The notes beneath the pieces were generated by a model, which saw only the letters and a list, made by a program, of their open reading frames with translations, made no database searches and was not told where the DNA came from. DNA of 63,821 bases, filler included, from Octopus bimaculoides (Eukaryota), in assembly GCF_001194135.2 (NCBI RefSeq). It is 5 parts of 5 records of this genome, joined end to end, with 100 filler letters (N's around TTAATTAATTAA, not from the genome) between each part and the next. Parts side by side here need not be neighbours in the genome. Positions count along the whole stretch, not along the records: positions 41,847 to 56,360 come from NC_069001.1; positions 56,461 to 61,057 come from NC_068981.1; positions 61,158 to 63,821 come from NW_026321432.1; 2 more parts are not named here. The stretch is one strand, 5' to 3'. Shown piece by piece: positions 49,854 through 63,325 of this stretch. Made by a program: the position numbers and the translations under genes. Numbering within the stretch: position 1 is the first letter of the stretch; every line of letters starts with the position of its first letter.

Positions 49854-51462
49854 TACAGAGTTCAGCTGCTTTATAGATGTGAACATCTTTGCCAAATCCA
49901 GTAAAAAGGAGATTATCTATAGAGAATTGCTTGGAAACCTTTGGCTCTGCTAGCCTCATTATAAATTTACATTTATACCAATAGTTATTGATGAACTTTG
50001 GTACGTTATTAAATGTTTAAATGACAATCTGGAAAAAGCCAGGATTTTCAAGCAGGATTTTCAAGCATTTTCACATACATTATAGAACCGCAATCATTTG
50101 TAAGTGCAACAGTGAAAATATGAGAGAAGTTTCTCAAGGTAAACATGTAACATTTATCACTGTTCTTGTCCAAATTCCAATGAAAGAGCTGTTGTTCTTT
50201 CATTTGAAACCAGCTCTTTCATTTTTGTGAAGAATTGTAAAAATTAAACGACAATTTAAAACTACATGTAGATGTAATATATACGTATAAACATACAGAC
50301 ATACGCATGCGCACGCACACCCATCTACCCACACACACGCCAAACGAATTTCTATTTCAGCGAAATTTGAGAATTAAAATCAAAACATAGATCATAAACG
50401 TATGCATGTACATACCTACATACAAACATATATACATGCATGCATACATACATACATACATACATACATACATACATACATACATGCATGCATGCATGCA
50501 TACACACATATATACATACGTACATATATTCATATATATATATACATATATATATACATACATACATATATAAAAGCGTACGTACATACATACAACTATA
50601 AATATCATATGCGTCAATACATATATACATCTACATCCCTCCATACATAGATATTTTCAAACCTACAAACACACATACAAACGCCTGAGCAACATCGGAA
50701 GAAAGAGAACAAACAAAAAAGAACAAAAAAAGCATTAGCCACCATCTTACAACGGCTATGAACATACAAGTGATGGCGGTGATGACGGGGTCCCTATTCA
50801 CGCCATATTGCCTGTTCCTCTTGTTTTGGTGCAAGTTAAATAAAGGTGGAGACAACAAGAGTTTACAGCAGTGCAGATTTAACAGAGAAGAACGTCTTGA
50901 GAAGGTTTCCATTTGGAAGTCTTGCCATCTGGTTCCTAACACACGATATATACTGTTTAGCTGGCAGGGCTGGTATCAAAGATATGTTGCCTCCGTCTTG
51001 CAGTACGTGGCGCCATGTTGTTTATTTGCTTGTCAAACTTGTACAACGNNNNNNNNNNNNNNNNNNNNNNNNNNNNNNNNNNNNNNNNNNNNNNNNNNNN
51101 NNNNNNNNNNNNNNNNNNNNNNNNNNNNNNNNNNNNNNNNNNNNNNNNNNNNNNNNNNNNNNNNNNNNNNNNNNNNNNNNNNNNNNNNNNNNNNNNNNNN
51201 NNNNNNNNNNNNNNNNNNNNNNNNNNNNNNNNNNNNNNNNNNNNNNNNNNNNNNNNNNNNNNNNNNNNNNNNNNNNNNNNNNNNNNNNNNNNNNNNNNNN
51301 NNNNNNNNNNNNNNNNNNNNNNNNNNNNNNNNNNNNNNNNNNNNNNNNNNNNNNNNNNNNNNNNNNNNNNNNNNNNNNNNNNNNNNNNNNNNNNNNNNNN
51401 NNNNNNNNNNNNNNNNNNNNNNNNNNNNNNNNNNNNNNNNNNNNNNNNNNNNNNNNNNNNNN

Positions 51463-51512
<50 letters not shown>

Positions 51513-51911
51513 AGATGTACTAATGTCTTATGTGTTATAACAGTTTCAAATTTTGTCACAAGGCCAGCAAATTCGGGGTAATAAAAACAATTTTACATTA
51601 AATTGAAGGATATTTGGTAGAATACAAGTTTTTTATTCTTTAACAAGAATGATATTGGCAGTGACTTCGAAGGCACTATTAATATACGATTCTTGTTAAA
51701 GAATAACATATATATATATATAGTATTATCGTTTACTTGTTTCATTAGGCCGCGGCCAAGCTTGGGCACCGCCTTGAAGAATTTAAGTCGATATCACTCA
51801 TTTTACCGAATCACTAAGTTACGGGGAAGTAAGCACACCAACACCGGTGGTGATGGGAATAAACACACACACTCGCACGCACATGCATATATACACACAC
51901 AAACACACATA

Positions 51912-52679
51912 CAGGTTGCGGTGAATATATTGGCGTCTAAATTACGCAAAAATGAAAATAACACTGGCATCTCATTTTAACAAATATATTTACCAAAATT
52001 ACATAAAAATATCTTGAAATACTAAAGAGTAAATTCATTCAATATAATCTCCATTGGCTTCAACCATGGCCTCCAGACGACTTTGGAATTTCCTGCAACT
52101 CTTTCGTCAGAGCTCCCTGTTTAAGCTGGTAAATGCTGCCATAATACTTGCCTTCAGTTCATCTTTGGTGTTACAAGAAGTTTTGTTGGTCTTTCACCTA
52201 ACTGCGCAGCACACATAATAATCAAGAGGGTTGCCGTCTGGGGAGTTAGGTGGCCAGATGTTAGGAGTGATGTGGTCTCAGAAATTGTCTGAGAGCCAAT
52301 GACTGGGTTCTCTAGCGTGTGTGGCATGGTCCAGAGTCCTGTTGCCAGACATACGGGCTTCCAGCAGCCACCCTGTTGACCCAAAGCAGCACCACATCTT
52401 CCGGGTACATGATGCAGGCCTCCATGTGAGAAGATGAATGGAGGCATAACGTCGCCATCACTAGTGATCACTCCAAACATCATGATGTTTGAGTTTTATC
52501 ACTCTCGGTACATGTTTTGAGGACACAGCAAGCAAACGGTTGTTCTGTGTGATCAGCATCTGTTTATATTTCTAATACCAAGCAATAAAGCATGTCATTT
52601 CCAAATTTCTGGCTGATTGAATTGCGTCATGGTGCTGTTTCTCTCCCATACGGTGCCCAACTGACCCTACTATACTGTG
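51912..52679 (-). mobile_element. Internally deleted Tc1/mariner-superfamily element (DD37D/maT-like)
   Basis: Minus strand: N-terminal MTQFNQPEIWK at 52630, then MMFGVITSDGDVMPPFIF, VWQQD..PCHT, WPPNSPDGNPLDYYV. TA|cagg terminus at 51910-51915. Confidence 0.8.
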
Positions 52680-52855
52680 TAGTCGACGAGAAGCGAAAAA
52701 TACCAGAACTTGGTTGATGAGACTCCTGTTAAAGGATCGCATGCAGTCACGAATCGGCAACCATGGTTCCTCAGCAAGAACAGTGCGATATTTCCTGCAG
52801 AATATTGGTTAGGCACCCTAGCAACTGAGGAAACCCATAAAGAAGAAAACCAGTC

Positions 52856-53000
52856 AGATGGCGACACTATGCCTCCATTCATCTTCTCACACGGCTTTAG
52901 ACTCAACACGGAGGCCTGCGTCAAGTGCCTGGAGGAGGTAGTGCTACCCTGTGTCAACAGGGTGGCAGCTGGAAGACCCTACGTCTGGCAACAGATGGAA
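52856..53000 (+). mobile_element. Second fragment of the same transposase, opposite orientation
   Basis: DGDTMPPFIFSHGFRLNTEACVKCLEEVVLPCVNRVAAGRPYVWQQ. Confidence 0.85.
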
Positions 53001-53218
53001 CTTTCCTGCAAACGCATACTAATTCAATCCTAGAAGTCATGCCGCATTCAGGTAATGTGTTGTGGTTAAGGGGTATCATTCTAGTGACCCTAAAATATCT
53101 ACTGACGGTGCAGAAGCGTCCCTACAAGGAGAAACTACATTTACACCAATTTTAAGTCGCTCCTGCAAGTTCCTACTTGGAACAGAGTATCTCTGATGTT
53201 TATCTTGCAAATATACAG

Positions 53219-53269
<51 letters not shown>

Positions 53270-53438
53270 CACGGATATATACACACACACAAGCACACAC
53301 GTGTGTGTATTATTGTGATTTAATCCTCATCTTTCTTTGTGAATATTTATCTATCACTTAATCTCTTTCTCTGTCTATCTATCTATCTATCTATTAATAT
53401 ATCAACCTATCTATATTCCAGCTTGTTTCTTCTTCTCC

Positions 53439-53494
<56 letters not shown>

Positions 53495-53628
53495 TACACT
53501 GCCTCTATTTTCGTCTGTTCGTCTCTCTCACTCTCACTCTCTCTCGCTCGCTCGCTCTATGTGTGTGTGTACATACATTCACACACATGCATTCATACAT
53601 ACAGATATACATATGCACATACATGCAT

Positions 53629-53692
<64 letters not shown>

Positions 53693-54054
53693 NNNNNNNN
53701 NNNNNNNNNNNNNNNNNNNNNNNNNNNNNNNNNNNNNNNNNNNNNNNNNNNNNNNNNNNNNNNNNNNNNNNNNNNNNNNNNNNNNNNNNNNNNNNNNNNN
53801 NNNNNNNNNNNNNNNNNNNNNNNNNNNNNNNNNNNNNNNNNNNNNNNNNNNNNNNNNNNNNNNNNNNNNNNNNNNNNNNNNNNNNNNNNNNNNNNNNNNN
53901 NNNNNNNNNNNNNNNNNNNNNNNNNNNNNNNNNNNNNNNNNNNNNNNNNNNNNNNNNNNNNNNNNNNNNNNNNNNNNNNNNNNNNNNNNNNNNNNNNNNN
54001 NNNNNNNNNNNNNNNNNNNNNNNNNNNNNNNNNNNNNNNNNNNNNNNNNNNNNN

Positions 54055-54089
<35 letters not shown>

Positions 54090-54322
54090 CCATATATATA
54101 TACACATATCCTTTTTTTCCGTAATCTCTAAGACTTGGTATATTTATTTGGGTGTCACATTCTATTCGCCTGTGGAACATATGGTGACCAGGATTGCTTT
54201 GTTATTCTTCCTCTTTGCATATTGGTCAGGATTCCACTATGGAATGTCGGGCAGGAATTCGGAATAAATAAACCCAGGTCGAGATTTGATCCTGCGGTGC
54301 TATTGTTACGAGTACTCTCTCT

Positions 54323-54374
<52 letters not shown>

Positions 54375-54499
54375 GTAGGTGTAAAACCTTAATATTCAAA
54401 GAATTTTCTTCAAAAACTTGAAGTTATTGAAGAAATCAACCAGAGATGTTTGTGTAAATCTTCTTCAAGATTTACGGGTTTCTAATGAGACGTAGATCA

Positions 54500-54502
54500 T
54501 GC

Positions 54503-54567
<65 letters not shown>

Positions 54568-54586
54568 AAGCAGCAGCAGTAGCAGT

Positions 54587-54639
<53 letters not shown>

Positions 54640-54662
54640 AAGCAGCAGTAGTAGTAGTAGTT
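54500..54662. repeat. (TAG)n/(CAG)n compound microsatellite
   Basis: Direct inspection. Confidence 0.95.
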
Positions 54663-55146
54663 GTTTTTATTCTCTTTATTGTTGCTTTTTCCTCTGATTG
54701 TGCTCATCATATGATCAAATGCGTTCCAACCATGACCAGAACTTCTTTTTTTTTGACGTTGAATACCTAGAACTACATTATCCAATATGTTCCTCCCCTA
54801 TCGTTAGGTCAGTAGGATGCATTCTGAGAAATATTCAACTGCTATTTCTAGCAGCGAAAAGAACCACATAGAGCAATGCTTCCCAATCTTTTTTCTTTAT
54901 ATAATGTCGCTCCCTTTTCTTAACACTTTTACAACGATCTCCTCCTCCTTGCTACGATTCAATGCCCCTACTTCATTTCTCATGCACCTACATCTAATAT
55001 GATGCCAGAGTAATTTAGTTTTGGTACTAGCTTGGCACAGATACTTACAACAGCACCACCTTACAATATTTGGTGCATCACCGCTTGATTTTAGTTCTTT
55101 ACCCCACGTGGTTTCGTGGCTTCGGCCCAATTTGGGTATATGCGTG

Positions 55147-55478
55147 GAGGTGCTGAAAAGTTACTGACTTCGGGTGAAAGAAAATGCTGGAGGATCAGCT
55201 AATTATGATTTTATTCACCATCTTCCCCTCTCAGATTTACACTCTTACCAAACAGCCACTCCTGCGCCTATATGCGAAGTTCCTGGTTTTGGGTAAAAAG
55301 AAATACGGGAAGACCAGTTAATTACGATTTAATTCAACATATTCACCTCTCAGATTCACACACTTACTGCAGTGGTCCTTCAGTTTTTCTAAGCCGTGTA
55401 AAAGAACTCGGAAGGGTGGGCCTCCAGCCAAGCTTTTTGCGATGCCCTTAGAACCAGGAACTTTTTAGCAACCCCATC
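55147..55478. mobile_element. Short mariner-like MITE with partial internal duplication
   Basis: Left gaggtgctgaaaagttactgactt and right aaccaggaactttttagcaacccc are imperfect TIRs. The block gatcagctaattatgattttattca..at..cccctctcagatt appears twice. Confidence 0.65.
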
Positions 55479-56360
55479 ATATTCACTGCACTTCATATTT
55501 ATATACCTCCGTAGGTACCAATTGAAATTTATCTTTATATTCCGATTTATAGCTTTACATTCTATGATTAGATAGTGCGTTGTATTCTTGAGCAAGATGC
55601 TTCATTTCACGTTTCTCCAGCCCACTCAGCTGTAAATGAATAAACTGCGTCGGACTTTTATCCAGTTCCAGAGATAGGAGTTGCGATGTCAGCTATGAAA
55701 AGCAGGTTACCTGTACTTTGGGTCCTTGGACTCGAGACAATATTATTCAGGTGTCTTACGTTTTTACATACAGACATCTCAGACCTCGTGCGAGATTACA
55801 CTTATCTGTGTATACCCATAGGTATATCATGAGATTAACATATGACACTGATTCCTAGAAGCAACAACGTTCAAGTATTAGATGTGCATATATATAGATA
55901 TGTAAATAAAGTTCATGAGGTTACCAAACGAGACAGGTGCAATGACTGCTTTTATTGCATGTGTGGAAATACTCAAGAAATTTTGATGATGTATTTTATT
56001 CTTTGTCTAATGTTTAAAAGTTGCACGCGTGATATATATAGAAACACATACACATAAGCACACAAAAAGCGAGTGAGAAAGAGAGAAAATTACATGCGTG
56101 TGTGTGTGGGTGTGCGTGTATGTATGTTTGTATGTATGCATGTATGTATGTACGCACGTATATATATATATATATATATATATGCAGCCAGGGAGAGCAA
56201 ATATGAAGTTAGTTATGAAGCAAAAGTGCAGAAATAAAGATAGAAGAAACAAGTCAGACCGCTTCAAAAGCCACATATGTCTATGTGTGTATTCAAACAC
56301 ATAGATACACAAACGTATATATATACATATATATGTATGTATGTATATATATATATATAT

Positions 56361-56460
56361 NNNNNNNNNNNNNNNNNNNNNNNNNNNNNNNNNNNNNNNN
56401 NNNNTTAATTAATTAANNNNNNNNNNNNNNNNNNNNNNNNNNNNNNNNNNNNNNNNNNNN
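56361..56460. other. Artificial 100-bp assembly join 44N-TTAATTAATTAA-44N
   Basis: 12-mer at 56405-56416. Confidence 0.92.
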
Positions 56461-56489
56461 TATATACACACATACACACACACACACAG

Positions 56490-56535
<46 letters not shown>

Positions 56536-59500
56536 GCGTTTATGTGTTCGACTTACAAGATTCTTAATATGAAACCGTGTATTAAAGCTGATATTATACT
56601 TGGATTTGGTTATATTTTACCAATTAAACACATCTGGTATTTACTTGGTTTGACTCCACATTTATTATTATTCTAGTTCCTTTGTCAAGGTCCTTTCGTT
56701 ACTTATCTTGTGACCTCTTCAATGACTCTTAACCTCCGTGTCTCCTCTTCTTATTCCATTTTATCAGAATGTATACATATATACATACATACACAAAATT
56801 ATCAACTAGATGTAGGAAAAAACAGTTTCCTTAGTGTAACCACGTTCACATTTCTTGGTGCCACAATACTGCTCCGGAACCTGGGGACATCTTTGAGCAT
56901 CTTGATTGTGGCCACCAGATCGGCTTTGATGTTCCAGACACAGTGGTTGATATCATTATGAAAATACTAGAACACATAGAACAACAAATGGGGGATTAGG
57001 AGCCAAAAAATTGGGGGTAGTAAAACCTTTTTAGATTTAGTACAAGGCAATCAGTCCTGATGACACATATGTAGCTTCCTAGCAGAAACCATCACCACGA
57101 GCTTCACATAGTCACATGAGTCGGCCCTTAGGCTCTGCTATTTAGTTATTATGGAAAAATTGTTATGCAGACGCAGTGTGAAAGTCTAGTGCTTGACGTC
57201 TTGCTCGCCACTACTTTGTAGTCTACTTTGCTGCTGTCTGTGTCACGTTTTACTACGTTTGCCTTATTCACAGAGTATTAATCAGCAGTCAGAATGTCAG
57301 TATTTTGAAACCCAGCATGAGTCATCATAATATAAGTATTTCTTTTATAATATTCGGTTTAATGGCAGTAATGCCAGCCACAATTTTCTCAACAACAACT
57401 TTAATCTTTATGGTTTCCAACAGCGTTAACTATTCATTAAGTCAGATTTAAACTTAACATATTCTTCTAATATATAGTGTGGCGAATGTTGCATAGAACT
57501 AACCAGTCTTTCTCTGAGGAACAGAATAACCACTCACTGCCAATAACTATATGGTTTCAGGACTAGACATCTGCCCAGGAGTAAATATCTAAATTTTTGC
57601 TCACCAAAAAAAAAAAAAAGAAACACCAAATACAAAATTTCCCCTATGTATTAATGCATGGGGAATTACTAAGTCCAATTCCTATTAAATAATGAAATAT
57701 ATTTTGTGAAACACAAACAAAAACTTAGGTTTATATATCATCAAAATAGAATGAAAATGCAAAGTTTATTCATCTCTGCTAAAGCAGCTATAAACAACAA
57801 CATAAATATAAATAAGGGTTTGAGGCAACAGGCTTTCACTGGAATTCGAAGATCTAACTTAAACCGCGAAATAATTACTAATTACGTCATCCTAAGATTG
57901 ACTAATGAAATGTAGTCTATGATTAAGCCCGGGCACACAGGAAAGATAAAGAGACAAATGATACTATTAAACATTCAGCTGAGTGTGAAATCAGAAGGAT
58001 AACTGACATCTTAAGATGGTCGACGATCCTGAACATTGGACGAACGTCAGACAAAAAAGTGAATGACAGACAAAAGAGAAGATGTTCATCAATATATCTT
58101 AAGTCCAGCGATTTTCTCCAGGAAATAGCAAAAGCATATACAAATAGATGTCGGCCATCCTTCAGAACTTTAGCCAGCTATCTATCAGCGCGATTTGGTT
58201 TTAATATTATTAATTGTTGCAGTGATGTTCACAGCTGAGAAAGTTATATCAAATAAGATATGAGGAGCAATTACTTCATCAATGTTGCAACAGACACAAT
58301 GAAAGCAATAAACGTTGCGTATACAAAATCTCTTTCACATCTTTTGTATACTGAATCTCTTTCACATCTGTTGCATCGTTTGAAGGGTTTTCTGCCCATT
58401 GATAAGTGGATCGGAGGATAAAATATAGTTTTTCGCGTTTTTGCAAATGAATAGAAAACTTTTGGACTTCGACTTTAATATTTTCAATTACGTCTTTAAA
58501 ATGGCTGTCAAATCAGTTTTCTCTCGGAAGGGTTGTGAGTGAAAAACAAGTCCATAAGCGATAGGTCATGTGCGATCGCACTTAAGTTCACTTTATGCTA
58601 CGCCATGTTGTGAAATGAGTACGTTGGAATCAGCGGTTTGATTTAATCTTCAGATGTTTAAAGATGAGCTTATATGTCTGAATGTATTAGCGAGATTAAA
58701 GAGGTTTTGGACGGTAATATTATTAAAAAGTGTTTACATGGTAATGCGTCATTCGACACAAGACATGTTTTTGTTTGTTTCATTATCAAAAACAAGACAT
58801 TTCCTGCAGGGACGTACCATTCACACTATTAAAACTGTCCCTACTGCTGCGTTGCTTGAGGTTGAGATACATACATACGTATGGTGTCAGAATAATCAAT
58901 GCCCACTCTGCATGAGGAAGGTTAAATTCCCCATTACTATATTGCTAGAGTTGCACACATAGAGAAAAAAATTGTGAATTTCTGTAGTCCCTGGTGGAAA
59001 TAGTGCAAATATACTTGAAGAATCCGGTAGAACCCAATTATTGAGCAGTTATTAGCTATGAATACGGACTATGATTTGCAGTAGAGATTGGAAAACATGA
59101 TGATAAAGGAACCGCGTATGGAAATAGTAACAACTCTCTATGTTCCACATGCGTGATCCAAAATCTCTAGCTTTTGCCTCAGCCTGCAAGTGAAGGTCCG
59201 AGTTAGGATGATTGCTAATCGACAATACAGATCTCAAAATATAGAAATAAATGTTTTCTTGCATGTACAGATTGGCTGTTGTTTGGGCATTTAGTAGGAG
59301 TTTCATTGCTAAGGGAGCTGTTTCTTTGTATCGCTTCAAAATTGTGATTACCCTAGTCACAGTTTAGTAATAGACATGTGAGCACGTCTTCCACTGGAAT
59401 AACAGTGTTTCAAGTGCAAAACCGAGAAGGCTTCTGTGTATCTCCCCCCTAATATTAGTTATGCCGAAGAAGAAGTTTTCTGTTAGTAGACGGTTGGCAT

Positions 59501-60995
59501 CTAGAGGTGTTCTAGCTGCGGTCGCGCTATCGCGTATGATCATAATTGATCCCGCTGTATTTTTTATTTTGTTCCCTGAGTTTTGGAAACGACGGAGTAG
59601 CTGCGTAATTAGGACTACAAATCGTAGTGTCTTTGGTTCAACTTGGACCGCTAAATTACAATCACTTGTTCTTCTGCACAGGTTTCATACATGATATTTC
59701 ACTCACAGAGTTAAAAATACTCTTGATTCTAAAGCAGAAAATATTTTCATGTTTCACACAGTAGAATCGAACATAAAATCATTCTGTTACATTGAAACAT
59801 CCTGAGCTAATTATGTATCATTTTTGTTAGTACTCTAATTCTGTAATAACGTACTGTTTTGCAGGAAGAATAGATAACATATCATATCGGTTATGTTTCG
59901 TCATACGCTGTCACAATTTAGATACGACGCGAATTATGTCTTCTTAACAAAATCCTAAGTTGTCTGTTAGTGAGTGATATCCGATCTCTCATTTCATTAT
60001 TAAGCTATCTTCAAATCATATTATGACAAGAATTAGGTTTTCATTGAATTACATCAACTAAATTATCAGTGTTTAACATCAAACTTAGTTTCAGTGTTCC
60101 TCCATACGTTTGTGAGCCCTGTTACACATTTTAGTCAGAGAACTGTCTACTATATACTTATATGGAGATTTTGGCAATGAAAGGAAATTTGTTGCAACCG
60201 AAATATCTTAACCAAAGTGCATGCGGAAGTTAATAACGAATTTATATTAAATGTACATTCACGCACTGCTTTGATGATGGCAGCCTATTTTTAAATGCTT
60301 CACCGACTGCAGAGTTAAAATGTAGAAAGTTGTAAGTGAGGATCATTAAAATTACGTGAAAGAAATAGCTCTACAGCTCCCTCCATAAAGTAAAGTGCAA
60401 CTCAGTCTAGATTTTTGTATAAAACGTATTATTTAGGATTTCAAATATACCCTTGAGAAAACAAGGTTATTTATTTAAAGCCAGAGTAGATTAATTGAAC
60501 GCTTTCTCCAGATTTGAGATACACAGAAGTGTTACTTTAGTCACATGTAAAGGGCGATGATTCTGCTACACGCCTAATTGTTGTACACTGTATCAGGAAA
60601 TGGTTTTGTTTTCATCAAACTCTTACCATTGATTAACAGACGCCATATTTCCGCGATTTTTTCTCTTATACGTATTATTAACTGCTGCAACGCTGTCTGG
60701 TGCTCGAAATTAAAAAGCTATAGTGCATCTGTTACACGAAGCCATTTAGTGAAAATGTCTCACATCAACAATTCATCCATATGTCAATATACCTTATTCC
60801 TTAAATGCAACAAGAACTATTTGGCTAATTATTTGCACATAGAGTTGCAGTACTTCATAATTCTATCTTCTGTAATTGTCTTTTTTGTCAAACATCCAAA
60901 TCTACTTATCGGAGAAAACCCACTACATCCATTAAATAAAAAATAAAGCTATTTAAAAAAAAAGATATTTAAAGCTGTTTACTAACTACTACATA

Positions 60996-61028
<33 letters not shown>

Positions 61029-61057
61029 CACCATGTACATAGATAGTAATATATATA

Positions 61058-61157
61058 NNNNNNNNNNNNNNNNNNNNNNNNNNNNNNNNNNNNNNNNNNN
61101 NTTAATTAATTAANNNNNNNNNNNNNNNNNNNNNNNNNNNNNNNNNNNNNNNNNNNN
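61058..61157. other. Artificial 100-bp assembly join 44N-TTAATTAATTAA-44N
   Basis: 12-mer at 61102-61113. Confidence 0.92.
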
Positions 61158-61814
61158 ATATATATATATATATTTCTCTCTCTGTAATAATTATTGTGGC
61201 ATTTACTGTTAAATTTGCAGCTCCGATACATGTGCTTCCATTTCGTTCATTTGCTTATATTTTGTTAATTTACACTGCTTACAAAAATACAGACATGCTA
61301 TATACAAACCACACGGTAAGCCAATATGTCTTATTTTCTCAAGTAATTAATTATTACATATTCTCATGTGACTGCATAGGCTCATTTTATATTTCTTATT
61401 CTCCAGCCACACCAGTAATCCAATGTCAACCTTTTGCCTTCTGCAATATTTCAACAGTTCACCAACCCTAACACTAACCTTAACCCTCAATGCCATCTCC
61501 CATTGCAGCCCATTTCCAGAATGTAGCCATTTATGTACAATATCTCCATTATACCTCCATTCATTTGTCTGTCAACCATACGATGGGTTATATTAGATGC
61601 AGTGCTGACTGCCTCAAAGGCGAGTATATCCACTGACAACTTTTCGGTGTGTTCAAAAATTACATGCCCCACTAATTTTCCCTGACAGGTTAGGGTATGG
61701 AATCCTCCAGATGGATATATTACATGTTGCTTAGTCGAATTAGACCATCATTTACTCCACAAATGTTTTGTCTTCAATGCTGCACTTTCCTGTATCACCG
61801 GTTTCAACAAAACT

Positions 61815-61847
<33 letters not shown>

Positions 61848-62526
61848 NNNNNNNNNNNNNNNNNNNNNNNNNNNNNNNNNNNNNNNNNNNNNNNNNNNNN
61901 NNNNNNNNNNNNNNNNNNNNNNNNNNNNNNNNNNNNNNNNNNNNNNNNNNNNNNNNNNNNNNNNNNNNNNNNNNNNNNNNNNNNNNNNNNNNNNNNNNNN
62001 NNNNNNNNNNNNATATATATATATATATATATATATAACTTGCCAAATATTAAGTATTTACTCTTTGCTTTTAATACATTACCTTTAATTTCTACTGTTC
62101 TCTCTTGGCCCTATACCAGATATTGCAGACCAAGCTTCCTCCATTCACTACTCTGACGGTGCATTTTTGAGCAGCTCACTTAAATTCTGCATGAAAAATG
62201 CATGGTTTTTTGAAAACCCCATTCCTTCCTTTACTTGTCACTTCCATTGGAAGCAATGACAAGCATTGCTTTTCCAGTTGACCTTTCATATTTCCTGTGT
62301 TTTCAATAGGGACTTTACACAATCCCTAAAGCATAGTCTTTGTTTCTGCTCAGAGTGCATTCCACAAACACTTTTGCAGCGTAACATCTACTGAAGGATC
62401 CTTTGATCATCCATCCAAACAAGGTGTCCAGTACAAGGTTCTCGTGTTTCAATGCTCATGACATCAGTTCCCCTCAAGCCCTCTGTGTCTAGAGTTCACC
62501 AGGAACAGCCAATATTCTGAATGTGC

Positions 62527-62750
62527 TGGATGGCAAGCTGGCAGAATCATTAGCATGCCAGGTAAAATACTTAGCAGCATTTCATTCAGCTTTACATTCT
62601 GAGTTCAAGTTCTGTCAAGGTCAGCATTGCCTTTTATTCTTTCAAGGCTGATAAAATAAGTACCAGTTAAGTACTGGGGTTGATGTAATTGACTTACCCT
62701 TTCCCTGAAATTCCTGGCTCTGGCCTTGTGCCAAAATTTGAAACCAATAT
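62527..62750 (+). mobile_element. SINE family B, diverged
   Basis: gcaagctggcagaatcattagcatgccagg...ttctgagttcaagttctgtcaaggtcagc. Confidence 0.8.
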
Positions 62751-63009
62751 TCTGAATGTGTCTCAGATATCTCTGATGGAAGTGTTCAAGGATCCTTACA
62801 TGATGCCTGCAGAGGGTTCATGTGTCACATGTGTGAAGCAGTGACATAATCCACACACATGCACAGCAACTTTGGTTCCCCTTGTAACACAAATTTAAAT
62901 ATTTGACCCTTTTGCATTCAGATTTTTCTGTCAAATGTAATGCTTATTTTCTTTTTGAAGAATTTCTAGTCAAATGAATTGACTCTAGTAATTATTTTTT
63001 TTTAAAGCC

Positions 63010-63325
63010 TGGTATTTATTCTATCAGTCTCTTATGCCAACTGCTAAGTTACAGCAATATAAACACACCAGCACCAGTTGTCAAGTGGTGGCTGGGGGAC
63101 AAACACAGACACAAAGACACATACACATGTGCACACACAAACACCCCCCCNNNNNNNNNNNNNNNNNNNNNNNNNNNNNNNNNNNNNNNNNNNNNNNNNN
63201 NNNNNNNCATAAGGCTTTGGTCAGCCCGAGTCTATAGTAGAAGACACTTGCCCAAGGCACCATACAGCATACAGTGGAACTGAACCCAGAACTATGTGGT
63301 TGGGAAGCAAGCTTCTCACCACACA
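63010..63325 (-). mobile_element. SINE family A, gapped
   Basis: Reverse complement of the family A body and head on both sides of an N run. Confidence 0.8.

Noticed and set aside
57057-57089. CTGATGA ... GAAAC spacing suggestive of a hammerhead
   Set aside because: Stem II, the stem III/cleavage triplet and stem I do not pair.
59052-59700. Moderately long open frames on both strands in CpG-rich unique DNA
   Set aside because: No recognisable domain, no consistent splice boundaries, and lengths compatible with chance.
61455-61480. taaccc-like telomeric hexamers
   Set aside because: Only two or three imperfect units; not an interstitial telomeric array.
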